A DNA stretch of 63,917 nucleotides, counting the filler, from Conidiobolus incongruus B7586 (taxonomy: Eukaryota), in assembly GCA_000697335.1 (NCBI GenBank). It is 25 parts of 25 records of this genome, joined end to end, with 100 filler letters (N's around TTAATTAATTAA, not from the genome) between each part and the next. Parts side by side here need not be neighbours in the genome. Positions count along the whole stretch, not along the records: positions 23,986 to 28,567 come from JNEM01003948.1; positions 28,668 to 29,683 come from JNEM01003949.1; positions 29,784 to 30,794 come from JNEM01003950.1; positions 30,895 to 38,189 come from JNEM01003951.1; positions 38,290 to 39,332 come from JNEM01003953.1; positions 39,433 to 41,259 come from JNEM01003954.1; 19 more parts are not named here. One strand, 5' to 3'. Each line of letters opens with the position of its first letter. Within the stretch, counting starts at the first letter, position 1. Shown here in pieces: positions 27,140-39,455 of the stretch. Made by a program: the position numbers and the translations under genes. A model generated the notes under the pieces. The model saw nothing but the letters and a program-made list of their open reading frames with translations, ran no database searches and was not told the DNA's origin.

Positions 27140-28280
27140 ATATAGTTATCATTATTAATCCTAATAATAGGTGTACTAAATGATCAGCACAATTTTGAAG
27201 CTCATATTTTTAGAGTGTTAAAATGCTAAAACAAAGTCAAACATGTTTTCCAAGTTTAGTGTTTTTGATCATCATTGTCCCAAATTGATAGCTAGAGTGC
27301 AGAACGACAAAGAGTAAAACTCGCTAAGGATGCTAGGAACTGTCAGGTGGTTGTACCCAATTTATAGAATTTCGCAAACAAGCTTTACATCCTTTAAGTC
27401 GACCTTATATAAAAATTTAACAATGTCTGATGAGGAATTATTCCAAGATTATCGAAGCATTGAAATAATAAAAACTCCAATACAGGTGTTGTGTTGAAAA
27501 GTATCTCAAGTATATCAGTTTCTATAAAATAAATGGGTAAATATGAGGAAAATCAATTTGATTTTCCGTTTAAAATTACTCGAAAGAGCACTTTTAATCA
27601 TAGCAAGTGAAATATAGCATATATTGGAGGTTAGCTTGCTAAAGAGTGGTTATCCCCCGCCACTGTTCCATATATTTAGAATCGACTGTTGAAGAATGAT
27701 GAATCCGATCTTCAAGTGAAGAAGCATCTGGTTCATTTTATGTATCACATTATTTCAATGATGAATCCAAATGTCTATGAATAATCTAAACTAACGAGGG
27801 AATGTGATATAAGAATTGAGGCCCCAATTGAGATAATTTTTATAAAGGTATTGAAAATGCAATTGGGACAAACACTAAAATGAATATGGGATTTATATAC
27901 GTCATACTTATATCAATTATTTTGGACTGAGTGCAGCAAATGAGCCTGAAATTTAAGCAGTTGAAAAATAGACGATATGTTTAAAAATCAGGTATGATCT
28001 GATTAAAGAATATATATTTGTCCAAAAAATATTTAGAAATTATTGATAGATAAAAAATCTCAAAAAGAACCAATTCTCAAGAAGTTTGGTGATGAACTTC
28101 CAAGTAATTAAAGTTTAATGTTATCACTATCATTCCTAATATAATGGGAAATATCATGTTAAGTTTAATGCTTTAGATGATTAAGTTGTTATAAAAACTT
28201 AAATGATAGCATTTATCATTAAACTATCTTCAATAAGTTTTGAAGAGGGTAGATTTATTAAAATAGAATTGAAGAAATAG
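27140..28280 (+). pseudogene. Tandem M14 carboxypeptidase pseudogene (paralog of 25359-26609)
   Basis: Colinear fragments: NDQHNF, KFSVFDHH, NCQVVVPNL*NF, GG*LAKEWLSPATVPYI*NRLLKNDESD..MMNPNVYE, GLSAANEPEI*AV, EPILKKFGDEL, ALDD*, AFIIKL. Many stops and frameshifts; the likely start is mutated ATG>ATA. Confidence 0.88.
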
Positions 28281-28667
28281 GAAATTTTTTAATTTTGATT
28301 TTTCAAAAATATTATTATTTTAAAATATATATATAATGTTTGTTCATTAATTGTTAACTTTAAAAATTTATTATTTTTTAATTAAACTTTATTTAAAAAT
28401 TATTAAGTCTTTTATTTTAATATTAATATAATTAAACCAAAAACCTTTTAAAATCTTTTTATATTAATTATATAAGTATATTATATAAATTATAATTTAA
28501 GCTTAAATTTATTAATAAAAATTATAATTAATATCTTATAATATAATTAAATCTTAAAAAAGTTAAANNNNNNNNNNNNNNNNNNNNNNNNNNNNNNNNN
28601 NNNNNNNNNNNTTAATTAATTAANNNNNNNNNNNNNNNNNNNNNNNNNNNNNNNNNNNNNNNNNNNN

Positions 28668-29683
28668 AAGGTAAAAAATTATAAAGTAGATTAGTTACTA
28701 AAATATTTCTAGTTTTTAATAGTTTAATCAATTAGATTTTTTTAGTATATATAGTTTAATTTGTAAAATTAATAATCTATTAGAATTTTTGTAGATTAAA
28801 TTAAAATCTACTAATTAATTATAAAAAAGGTAATTTTAAGGTTATATTAATATTATTCAAGTTTAATTTATGTTTAGTAAGTTAAAATTATTAAGAATTA
28901 AACAGATGTTGTTTTTTTAAAGGGTATTTATTAGATTTATTGTTAACTTAAATTTTTTAACAGTAATAACAATTTTTATTTATTTTCAAGTAGGTTTTAA
29001 TATTTTTACTAAAGGTTTTCTTATAAAGCTTTAAAGCAAAAATATTTATTATTTAAAATTTAAGTAGGTTAAAGTAAAGTTTAAAAGATTAATTTTTAAG
29101 GTAAGAAAATTTAGTTATAAAATAAAAAATACTATTAATTATAATTACTACATTACAAAAGTTAACAAAAACATATTATTAAAATGTTCTTTATTAACTA
29201 ATTAAAGTTTTACTTAAAAATTAAAGTATTATAATAATTTGTAAATTTATTCTTTTTTAGTGATATTTAATATATTTAAATATACTTTATTAAATTTCTT
29301 AATTAATTATTTTGTAAAAATTTTTTATTTAAGTTAAAAAAGCTTTTACTTGTTAATTAAACTTAATTTTTTAAGTAATCCCTCTTTTTACTTGCTTTTT
29401 CTAATTGTTTAAAAGTTTATATCTTTATAATAAGTTATTTTGTTAAAGATTCTTTAGGATTAAGTTTATAATAAGTTAATTATTAAATATAAATATATTT
29501 TTCTATAATAAAATAGTTAATTTAAAGATATTCTTTAAATCTTTAATTAAAGTTAAGTTAAAATAATTTTTTATATTTTTAAAATAGTTTTTAAGCTTGT
29601 AAAAGTTTTTCAAATTATTATAAATAGTTAATTTATTTTTAAAGATATTAAAAAAATAGTTTAATATATTAATTTTAATTAAG
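28668..29683 (-). mobile_element. Repeat family 3, copy 1: probable LTR-retrotransposon gag relic
   Basis: Homologous (inverted) to 47908-48956. The minus strand reads KTYLKINKNCYYC*KI*VNNKSNKYPLKK, a degenerate CCHC zinc knuckle. Confidence 0.5.
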
Positions 29684-29783
29684 NNNNNNNNNNNNNNNNN
29701 NNNNNNNNNNNNNNNNNNNNNNNNNNNTTAATTAATTAANNNNNNNNNNNNNNNNNNNNNNNNNNNNNNNNNNNNNNNNNNNN

Positions 29784-30794
29784 TTTAACTTCTTTAAGTT
29801 TGTAGGGTATAAAATCAATTAACTTCTTATATTAAAAAAGGTTAATCTTGTTTTATATTTCTTGAATATATTTTTAAAGTTGATTTAAATTTTTTATTAA
29901 GGGGAAAACTTTAATAGCTTTTTTTAACTGATTTTAAAGGTGTTTAATTAAGTTAAGGTTAAAAAATTAAAAAAGCTACTTTATAACTATTATTTTATTA
30001 TTTTTAAGTTATTTAATAATAAAAGTTATAGTATAAAAAGTAATATTATTTTACTAGAAAATAATATTAGATTTATTTAACTTATATTATTCAATAGTTT
30101 TTTTTAATTTATTATTTAGAATACTTTAATATATTTTAATATTAATTCTTTTATTAACTTTATAAAAATACTTTATACTTAAAAACAATATATATCTTTA
30201 AATAATAATTAACCTATCATTATATTTTTAGGTAAAATTAATATAATAGTTATAAAATAATTTGGTATTTTTTTTAAAGTATCTAGCTTTTTTTATTAAA
30301 TCTACTAAAGTATATTTTTATTTCATTAAACTAAATAACTTTATTCTAATTAGTTTTAATTTAATATTAATGGTGATATTTAAACTCCCACTTAATTTTA
30401 TAATAGGATTTTTTTAGTTGGGGGTGCTTTTTGTAAAAATATAAGTAATATCTATATTAATATAAAGTATGTAAAATAATATTAGTTAACATTAATATTC
30501 CTATATAGTTTTATAATTCCTATTATATTTTTACAGTAGTATTACACTTGTTTATATTAACTAACCTATAAATATACTTTTTATCACATTTATTTATAAT
30601 TTTAACATACTTAAATTTAAGTTTAAATATATTTTTATTATTATTCTTAATAACTTTAACTATAATAAATTAGTTAACACTAGTAATTTTAATAATATTA
30701 TAAGTTGATTTATTTTTTTTATAAAGTTAATTAATATACAAATAGATTTTTTTAGAGAGGGATTTAAATATAATAATACTAATAAAAAAATTTA
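29784..30794 (-). mobile_element. Tc1-like element, transposase region between two gaps
   Basis: Colinear with 39700-40720, differing almost only by transitions. Confidence 0.87.
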
Positions 30795-31059
30795 NNNNNN
30801 NNNNNNNNNNNNNNNNNNNNNNNNNNNNNNNNNNNNNNTTAATTAATTAANNNNNNNNNNNNNNNNNNNNNNNNNNNNNNNNNNNNNNNNNNNNATTAAT
30901 TATTATAATAAATTTTAATAATATATATTATTTTTTTAATATTAAAAAAACTAATTGATAATAAATTTTATATTATTTTTTCAAATAAAACTATATTTAA
31001 TTAATACTTATAATATAATTTAAAAGAATTTATTATTTTATAATGATAATTATAAAATT

Positions 31060-31424
31060 CATAAAATCAAAGTTATAAAAGTTTTTTAATTTAAAATAAT
31101 TAGAGAAAACTACCATATCTAATTTATTTTGTAAATAATAGCTTATATAATTGTAACAATTTTAGGTAATTAAAAAACTAGCTTATAAGAAAAAAAAATT
31201 TCTATAAGATTATTTGATTGGTTAATAAATATTAAATTTTAGTCTTTCGTAAAAAGCATAATTTTTTAGGTATTAAAAGTTTGTTAAAAATATAATAAAG
31301 ATTTATTAATAATAAAAAAGAGTATTGATTTGATAATATATAATTATTCTTATATAATATATATTAAACTGTTTATTTTTTTTAAATTGCAAAAAAGCCT
31401 ATTATTTAAATTACAGAGTAATAT
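31060..31424 (+). mobile_element. mariner 3' fragment including TIR
   Basis: *RKLPYLIYF..FR*LKN*L region and terminal ..CCTATTATTTAAATTACAGAGTAATA. Confidence 0.6.
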
Positions 31425-32389
31425 ATTAAAAATATATATTTCAAAATCTTAATAATTATAATATAATAGTTTCTATATTACATACTATATATTAAAACTA
31501 ATATAATCTAAAAATTCAAACTTATATCATAATTCGGGTCAGTTCAAAAACAGGTAATACTTAGTTTAGAGCCATATGTATATTTTGAGTGATAATCATA
31601 ATTTTGATCATTACAATTCAAAAAATATCTTAATTTTTTTACTTATAAATTATATTTTTAAACTCTTAATCTGATTATAGCAACATTTAATGTCACTCAT
31701 TGATTTCAATATATGAGCCTTAAATAGCTATTATTTTAAAGGTTTCTCTCATAGAGTAGTTTAAACTTTTATATCAATTTTATATGATTTTATATCAGTC
31801 CATATTTATTTGAGATGAAAGAATGCTTAGTGATTTTTAAACTTTCAAATTCCAATTTAATTAATACTAATTTCGAAATTAGAGAATATTAAGTGTCCAA
31901 CTATTTCAAATCATGTTTACATAATAACAATAATATTCCAAATTCTTTATTATAAACCTGATAGCTATTCCAAATATTTACCATTTCTTTGTTTGCCATG
32001 AATAACAAATATCAATATAGAAATTAATAAAGTCACTATTTCCTAATTAAAATCAATAAAATCAAGTCAAAATTTTAATTAAAAATTAACCAACAACAAG
32101 AAAAAATTAAAATAAGATGATTTCATAATTCTGTTTCGAAAATGAATAACTATAAAAAATAACTTGAAAATTAACATCCAGAATACATTAGAAATCTATT
32201 TAAAAAAGTAACAGTAAATGGTTGATGGTTAGTGCTACCTCACACTAATATTTTAACCATGATCTCAAATGACTCAATAATCATCAAATTCATATTCCCA
32301 CAAATTGATTGCATTTATCCGCTCAATTTTAGGATAAATACACCACTTAACACCCCCAATTCAAAGTATTATTCAATTAATCATAAAAA

Positions 32390-32896
32390 ATGACTCAAGA
32401 TAATCAAATCCAAGTAGGTATTGTAGACAACGACCAAAAACGTAAGTTAGTGTACGATTTACGTGTTAAAGTCTTCGTGGATGAACAGGGTTACGAGTTG
32501 AAGGATGAATTTGATGAGTAAATTATATTCCAAATATTCATATGCAATTACTGACATATTGATAGTTACGATGTTGAAGCCATCCACGTTATTGCAACTG
32601 AAGGACCCGTGGACGAAGCCACTCGAGCTGTCGGCACATTACGTCTCATCCTCAAGCCCGACAACCTTGGTAAAATCGGCCGTGTCGCTGTCGATCAAAC
32701 CCTCAGAGGACGCAGTATCGGGAGCTTAGTAATGAAATGCGCTCACGAACACGCCAAAAAGATCGGATTGAAGGGTATTCGCTTGAGCGCTCAATTCGAC
32801 AAGCAAAAATTCTATCACAAGTTGGGCTATGTTACAGTTGGTGAGCAATACTTGGAGGATGGTACCCCTCATATTGCTATGGAATTAGACTTTTAA
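32390..32896 (+). CDS. GNAT N-acetyltransferase, ElaA/YjcF-like, 2 exons (32390-32517, 32566-32896), 152 aa
   Basis: LRVKVFVDEQG..EFDDYD..AIHV, KIGRVAV...RGRSIG (acetyl-CoA motif), LSAQ..FYHKLGY..YLEDGTPHIAM. The 48-nt intron has GTAAAT, a TACTGAC branch point and TAG. Confidence 0.92.
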
Positions 32897-34113
32897 AGTT
32901 TTGTTTTAACATAATATAATATTAACTCAATATAATAAATAGAATTACTAATTAAATAGATTTATTATCTTTTTGAATAATAAATATAAGTTTTATATTT
33001 TATTATTATAATATTGAAAGTATGAATCACTTGTTTAATTTTATTGATATGATCTCTATTTTGAAATCGAAAGATTAATATATGATTTAATATCTTTTGG
33101 TTGGATCTTTTAAATTTTATCAAATAATATAACAATAAAATTTTTAAAAAATATCTCGATAAATTAATATTAAGCAATTCAATATAAAATACAGCTAATA
33201 AACTTTTCAATTTTAGAAATGAAATTCAATGCAATATCCGAGTCACTGGTTCATAGATTGTGAATTATGTACATTATTTTCAAATCAACTAATCAACCAA
33301 TCTATCTGTTTAGCATTATATCAACTTTCATAATGATTACAATACAGTATTCAATTTGCAAACAATATATCAACAATAGACTAACTGTATTAAAACTTAC
33401 ACTCTAATCAATTTAATATATCATATATCAGTTAATACAAAATTCTAGAAGCTCAAAATCCAGAGTTAAATTATATAATATTTAACCTTATAAATCTTTC
33501 CAAAAAATCCAATCATATTCTATTCACGAATAATATCTTGAAAAAATGCATGAAAATTTCATTATTTTTATTAACTTTATTAAAAAAATTATCCCAATAT
33601 TACTATGATTATTTAATAAATTAGAAAATATGAGATTCAAATTAATTTAATTTGAAATACCAAGAAATCCAGAATCAATGTAATAGAGGTGGAATTGCTA
33701 TCGGACATTAATTAACTAACCATAAAGATACCTTGCAAGTACTAACGGCTATAACTAATTGCCAAATTGTCAAATTTTTACGGAATTGTTTTTGTAGTTG
33801 AATTGAATTGGAATTTGGGTCTTAGGTGATTAATTAAATTAAAGTGATTGATTTGGTAGAGAATTTGAAATGGACGGATTTGATAGAATTAGAGGAATGT
33901 ATAAATAGATTTAAAATTAAGTAAACTGACTAAGTTTAATCGATATTTAGTTAGTTTTTTATTTTTTTTAATTATTAAATTCATTTTTTAATCTAATTTT
34001 TTTGTTATTGTTATTTTTTCTAATTGTTTTTGAAAAAGCTTTATTATTATTATTTTGAATATACTTTTTTATTAGTTATTGTTTTATTAGAAAATCTAAG
34101 TTGGAAATTTTTA

Positions 34114-35447
34114 ATGGTAATGATTTTTTAAGGTTTTTTATTAGATTAAAATAATTTATTATCAAAAATATAAGAGTATATTTATTGATATATATAAATA
34201 TATTTATTATAGAGTAGTAATAAACTCACCAGCATCAATTTTTTAATCAACGAATTAAAAAATTCCCCAATTAAAAATGAAGACCATGAAACCAACACAG
34301 TAAAAAAATACCTAGAGTGTTATTGATTTTACTAACTGAAGTAAAAATAGTCCATTAATAACGCTATTGGAACCAGGTCTTTGTGCATAACGGATTTAAA
34401 TAATCCTAATTTACACCGTTCTATTTTGGATCAATGTCCTCACAACCATGATACAGCTCTTGAATCCAATAAGAGGAACAACTCCCCAAAGGTTGATAGT
34501 GAGGAGGAGGAGAAGGAACAGAGTTCAAAGAGGTCTAAGCCCAACCCCAAGGGTGGGGAAGGGTTTGCAAGGTGCGAATGGTCGACATGCTCCGCCGAGT
34601 TCAAAAATATTCAAGATCTGATTCCACACGTGACAAAGCTACACGTCTCAGGGCGTGCTAAACCCGATATATGTCTATGGTCGTCGTGCCACAAGTCTGT
34701 CGCTGAAATTGACGACCTATTACAACATTTATGTGGAGATCACCTCGGTACAGAATCCGCAATATTAGCATGTCGCTGGGAGGGTTGCAACGCGACTTAC
34801 GATACGTTCGAAGGGCTCCGTATGCACCTATCAGAACTGCATATCGGTCAGGGCAAGCACGAGTATTCGTGTCTTTGGACGCAGTGCGAACGTAATGGCA
34901 AACCATTTAACCAACGTCAAAAAGTGTTGCGCCACCTTCAAACCCATACTGGTGATAAGCCTTACGCCTGTAAGATTTGTAACAGAAAGTTCTCAGAGCC
35001 TACGGTTATGACCCAGCACTTAAGGACGCACACCGGAGAAAGACCCTTCAAGTGTCCGCAGTCCGACTGCAACAAAAAATTCAGCATCAGCGGAGCCCTC
35101 ACCGTACATTTGAGGACGCATAACGGTATTTATAAATCAAAAACCCACCATCATCATTATCTCTAATACTATTTCTAGGTGAAAAACCCTACAAATGTAA
35201 ATATTCCGAGTGTGACAAACGATTCGCCGAATCTTCAAACCTAACCAAACACGTAAATAATTTTCCATCCATAGTAATCAATTACTAATTCCGATTTTAG
35301 TTACGAACACATACCGGCGAACGTCCCTTCAAGTGCCCGGAAACCGATTGTGACAAGAAGTTCAGTAGGTCGGATCAAGTTAATAGACATTTAAAAGTAC
35401 ACCGAAAGAATTTGGATCGATCCACTACTACCACTACAGCATTATAG
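34114..35447 (+). CDS. Zap1/ZafA-like C2H2 zinc-finger transcription factor with 8 fingers; 5 exons (34114-34116, 34213-34299, 34351-35125, 35179-35252, 35301-35447), about 361 aa
   Basis: Four CxW-type fingers followed by four TGEKP/TGERP-linked fingers. [28 protein letters not shown] and [10 protein letters not shown] resemble the Zap1 DNA-binding fingers. All introns are GT-AG and the spliced frame is continuous. The two 5' exons are less certain. Confidence 0.85.
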
Positions 35448-35979
35448 GTTACTGATTTTTAATTTTTAATTTTTGATTTTTTGAATATAACTATATATTA
35501 TTAACATTACTAATCCTCCAATTCAAATCTTTAATAATAAATTTGCAATAATCAATTTATTATATTTGACTCTAAAGGTTATCGTATCATACTAGTACTA
35601 TTAATTTAAGTTCAATCATTTTTATTCGGGTATGATGAGTGATAAAATTTTGACAACTAATAAATTTTTATCTGATAGCATTATTATCAGATAAATTGAA
35701 TAATATTATTAATATTTTTATAATCAATAAAAGATAATTTGATTGATCGAATTATAATATATTTAATATTTGATAATTTATTGTTAAATTTAAAATTTAA
35801 TAGTATTAAATACTTTGTAATGAATAATATTCTTAAATCTCAACTTATAATAAATTTGTTTTTAATAATGAATTATTTTTTATCCCATAACTTTTAATTT
35901 ATTAATTTTAAAATTATTTAAACTAATTAGTAAGTTTAATTTATTAATTATTAATTAATTAATTAATAAATAATTTAAT

Positions 35980-36894
35980 ATGTTACAAACTTCAGTATCT
36001 CAAAGTGAAAGAGATTTTATTATTAAGGGAATTGAAAACGGTATTAGAATAGACGGTCGTTCCAAATTAGATTACAGACCCATTTATATAGAAACTGGAA
36101 ATTTACCTAATGCTCACGGTTCGAGTCGAGTTCGACAACAAGACGGAATCGATTTAATAGTGGGTGTTAAAGCTGAAACGGGGGACGTAGACCTTAATTC
36201 TGTAAAACCCAACCGTGGAAAAATTATCTGCAGTGTTGAGTGCGCACCTAACTGTTCGTTGCAATTTCGTGGGAGAGCGGCAGACGATATCAACAATGAA
36301 CTGACCCAAATCTTTCAGAAGATGTTCGATGCGGAGGGTTGCGGCATCGATTTGGATGCATTGTGCATTATTGAAAATCAGACTGCTTGGCATCTCTACA
36401 TTGATGTGTTAGTCCTCGGCTGGAGCGGTTCCCTCGTGGATTGTATTGCTGTCGGCATTCGTGCCGCTTTGGCTAATACGAAATTACCTAAAGTAATTGT
36501 GCATCCTCCCGTGGAAGGTGTGACCGAATTCGAAATTGTTGATGATAACGAACTCACCAGCGCACTTAAGGGTTGGGAAGATTTACCCCTAATTGTCACT
36601 CTCAACAAAATTGGCGACCGCTACGTCGTCGACGCAACTCTCATCGAAGAGGGATGCGCACTCGGCAAAGTTATGGTAGGTGTCAACAAATCTGGCAAAG
36701 TTGCACTCATCCAGAAGGTAGGACGCGGCGCCATTGATATCGGCATGGTTAGCGAAATGATCGAAACTGGTAAAAAATTGGCACTCGTCAACCTCTCCAA
36801 GATGGACGAGCGCTTAGAATCTGAGAAGAAGGAATTGGATCTCCTTCGTCAAAGAGGCCTTTCGTCGGAGCCTGTTGGCTTTTTAGCTCATTGA
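35980..36894 (+). CDS. RRP42: Exosome complex component Rrp42 (EXOSC7), RNase PH fold, 304 aa
   Basis: SERDFIIKGIENGIRIDGRSKLDYRPI, NAHGSSRV, VGVKAE, IDLDALCII...WHLYIDVLVL, ALANTKLPKV, VVDATLIEE, IQKVGRG. Confidence 0.92.
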   Translation: MLQTSVSQSERDFIIKGIENGIRIDGRSKLDYRPIYIETGNLPNAHGSSRVRQQDGIDLIVGVKAETGDVDLNSVKPNRGKIICSVECAPNCSLQFRGRAADDINNELTQIFQKMFDAEGCGIDLDALCIIENQTAWHLYIDVLVLGWSGSLVDCIAVGIRAALANTKLPKVIVHPPVEGVTEFEIVDDNELTSALKGWEDLPLIVTLNKIGDRYVVDATLIEEGCALGKVMVGVNKSGKVALIQKVGRGAIDIGMVSEMIETGKKLALVNLSKMDERLESEKKELDLLRQRGLSSEPVGFLAH

Positions 36895-38319
36895 ATGTAG
36901 TTTGATTTCTGTTGTATAAAATTTTTTTTTCAATTATTTAGACTTATAATAAAAGAATTCAGCATAACAATGTTCGATCATTATAAATAATATTTTAATT
37001 TCTAAACATTATCATATTAATAATTTGGTACTAAATAATCATTTATAATTTATACATGAAATTACATCAAAATAATTACAATGAACTTTGTACCCAATTT
37101 TAAACTTTTAATCATTATAATCATTCATATCTAATTAATTTAATAGTTTTAATATTATCAAAACTTTGAATTAAATTAAATATGTATACTAATCATAAAT
37201 TAAAATCAGTCTAATAAAAGTCATAAAATTCAATATTTATCATTACTTGAAATTAGATAGAAGTTGTACAAAGTTATAATTATCATTTTGTATACAGAAT
37301 TAACTTCTTGAATTAATAAACTTATAATTAAAATTTGTTTAATTTAAAAAAAAAGAATAATGAATTAATTTATCATTTTGAAAAAAAAAATAGTTTAATA
37401 AGAATTAAATTAATACTACTATCCTATATTAATAGAATATTAAAATTCAGATATATTCCCTTTTGTTTTAATATTAATTGCTATTATTATAAATTTTCTC
37501 TAAAAATAATCTATAAATTAATATGATAAAAATTTTAATTTTAAAAACTTGATTAATATTTAAAAATATATAATTATAAAATATTAATATAAAAAATTTT
37601 GTTTTATTAATTTAAATATTAATAAAATATATTTTTTTGCAAAATTTTTAAATATTTTAAATAATATATTATATAGTATCTTAAATGATAACTAATCATC
37701 CAAATATCCTTTGGTTATTTTTCAATTACAAAATTATATATATTAGCTTTAGGTTTATTAATTCCAATAATAATAGCTTTTATATAATTTAATTAATTAT
37801 TGCAAGCTATAGATAAATATAAATATAATTCAAATATTTAATATTAAAAAAAAGAAAAAACTGGAAAATTATTCAATAAGGATAACTATGATAATAATCT
37901 AATTTATATAGATGATATTAGAAAAGATATAAATTCTTTTATTGGAAATAAATATAACCAAGCCTTAAATTTTTATAATTATTATCAGGATTCTTTGGAT
38001 AATATTCAAGATAATAAGAAACTTATAATAAAAATAAGGTTGATAATATTAAAAATTATTTCTTTAATATGGAAGTTAAAGATTTTTTTTATTGGAATGA
38101 TTTATAATAAATAATTTAAAATATATTAATAAATATTAATAACTTTTTTAATATTATTCTTTTTGAATTAAATAATATTATAAATAATANNNNNNNNNNN
38201 NNNNNNNNNNNNNNNNNNNNNNNNNNNNNNNNNTTAATTAATTAANNNNNNNNNNNNNNNNNNNNNNNNNNNNNNNNNNNNNNNNNNNNTTTTAAAAAAA
38301 ATTATTTTAAAATTAAGAA

Positions 38320-39200
38320 AGAACTATTATATAATTATAATGTTATTTTAGCCTAAAAAGATAATAATAAGTTAATTATAATTTAAAAATATATATTATC
38401 TTTTAATATAAAATAGCTTTATAAAGTTAATAAAGAAGTTAATACTAAGATATATTTAAATATTCTTAATATTGAGTTAAAAAATTACTACCAAAAAATA
38501 TAAATTAAATTAATTAAATATTATTTTCTAATAATATAATATCTTTTGTTATACTATTATTTTTATTATCTAATAGTTTAAATAAAATAAAATAAAATAA
38601 CTATTATAAAATAGTTTTTTAATCTCTTAATTTTATTTTAATTTAATACTTTTAGGATAAGTTAAATAATATAATAAAGAATTTTGCATTAATAAAAATT
38701 TTAATTATTATTTAAAAATAAACTTAAGAAATTTAAAACATAATTAATCTTTTTGAATAAAAGAAGTTAATTAACTTTATAACCTAAAAATTTAAAGAAA
38801 TTAGAAACACAAAAAGATAAATATATATATTATTTTATTACTAGAAATTAAAATAAGTATATTAAAATAAATTAAAATATAGATAAATTAAAGGATAAAA
38901 ATATAGTTATGAAATTTTATTAGAAATCTTAATAAAGACTTAAAGTTAGTTTTTTTCTAATAAATAGGTAAATAGTTGGATAAATAAATGAATAAATGAT
39001 AGATAGGTAGATCCTTATTATATTTCCTTTTTCATATTAGGATAAAAGTAAATGAATTTAAAGAAAATAGGATAAAAGGTAAATTATAGGTAAATTGACA
39101 TAAAAGATAAATATATATAGATTAATTAAATAGTTATATAATGATATATTAAGTTTTAATTTTTATTTTATAACTATAATATATAAATTTAAGGTTTATT
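38320..39200 (+). mobile_element. Tc1-like element, 3' half, interrupted by the solo-LTR-like repeat
   Basis: Matches 46890-47440. The sequence breaks at 38825 and resumes at 39149 (ttaagttttaat). Confidence 0.72.
38826..39148 (-). mobile_element. Second copy of the solo-LTR-like repeat (~320 bp), nested in Tc1
   Basis: The reverse complement aligns with 13087-13341 (aaggaaata.aa..ggatcta, aagtct.tat.aagattt..aataaaa, decayed hairpin) and carries extra internal sequence. Confidence 0.6.
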
Positions 39201-39455
39201 TTTAATAAACTTTAAATTTTAATATATCATTTAAAAGTTAATAAAATTAATTTTAAATTATTTTATTTTGAATAAATAATATAAATTTAATAGATAATTG
39301 AAATTTAAATTGAATTTATGAAGAATTAATAANNNNNNNNNNNNNNNNNNNNNNNNNNNNNNNNNNNNNNNNNNNNTTAATTAATTAANNNNNNNNNNNN
39401 NNNNNNNNNNNNNNNNNNNNNNNNNNNNNNNNTAATTAAAAATATATTATATATA

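Noticed and set aside
32505..33210. ORFs 32505-32729 and 32965-33210
   Set aside because: The first is an off-frame read across the GNAT intron. The second is AT-rich noise (I/K/Y/L/N composition).
35569..35579. ACTCTAAAGGT, a near match to the yeast ZRE, between the zinc-finger gene and RRP42
   Set aside because: It lies downstream of the TF and upstream of a gene with no known zinc link, so it is likely chance.
34658..37526. Antisense ORFs within the zinc-finger and RRP42 genes, and ORF 37335-37526
   Set aside because: Shadows of real genes or low-complexity AT-derived ORFs.
37680..38100. Possible hAT catalytic-region relic (HPNILW)
   Set aside because: A single weak motif is insufficient support.
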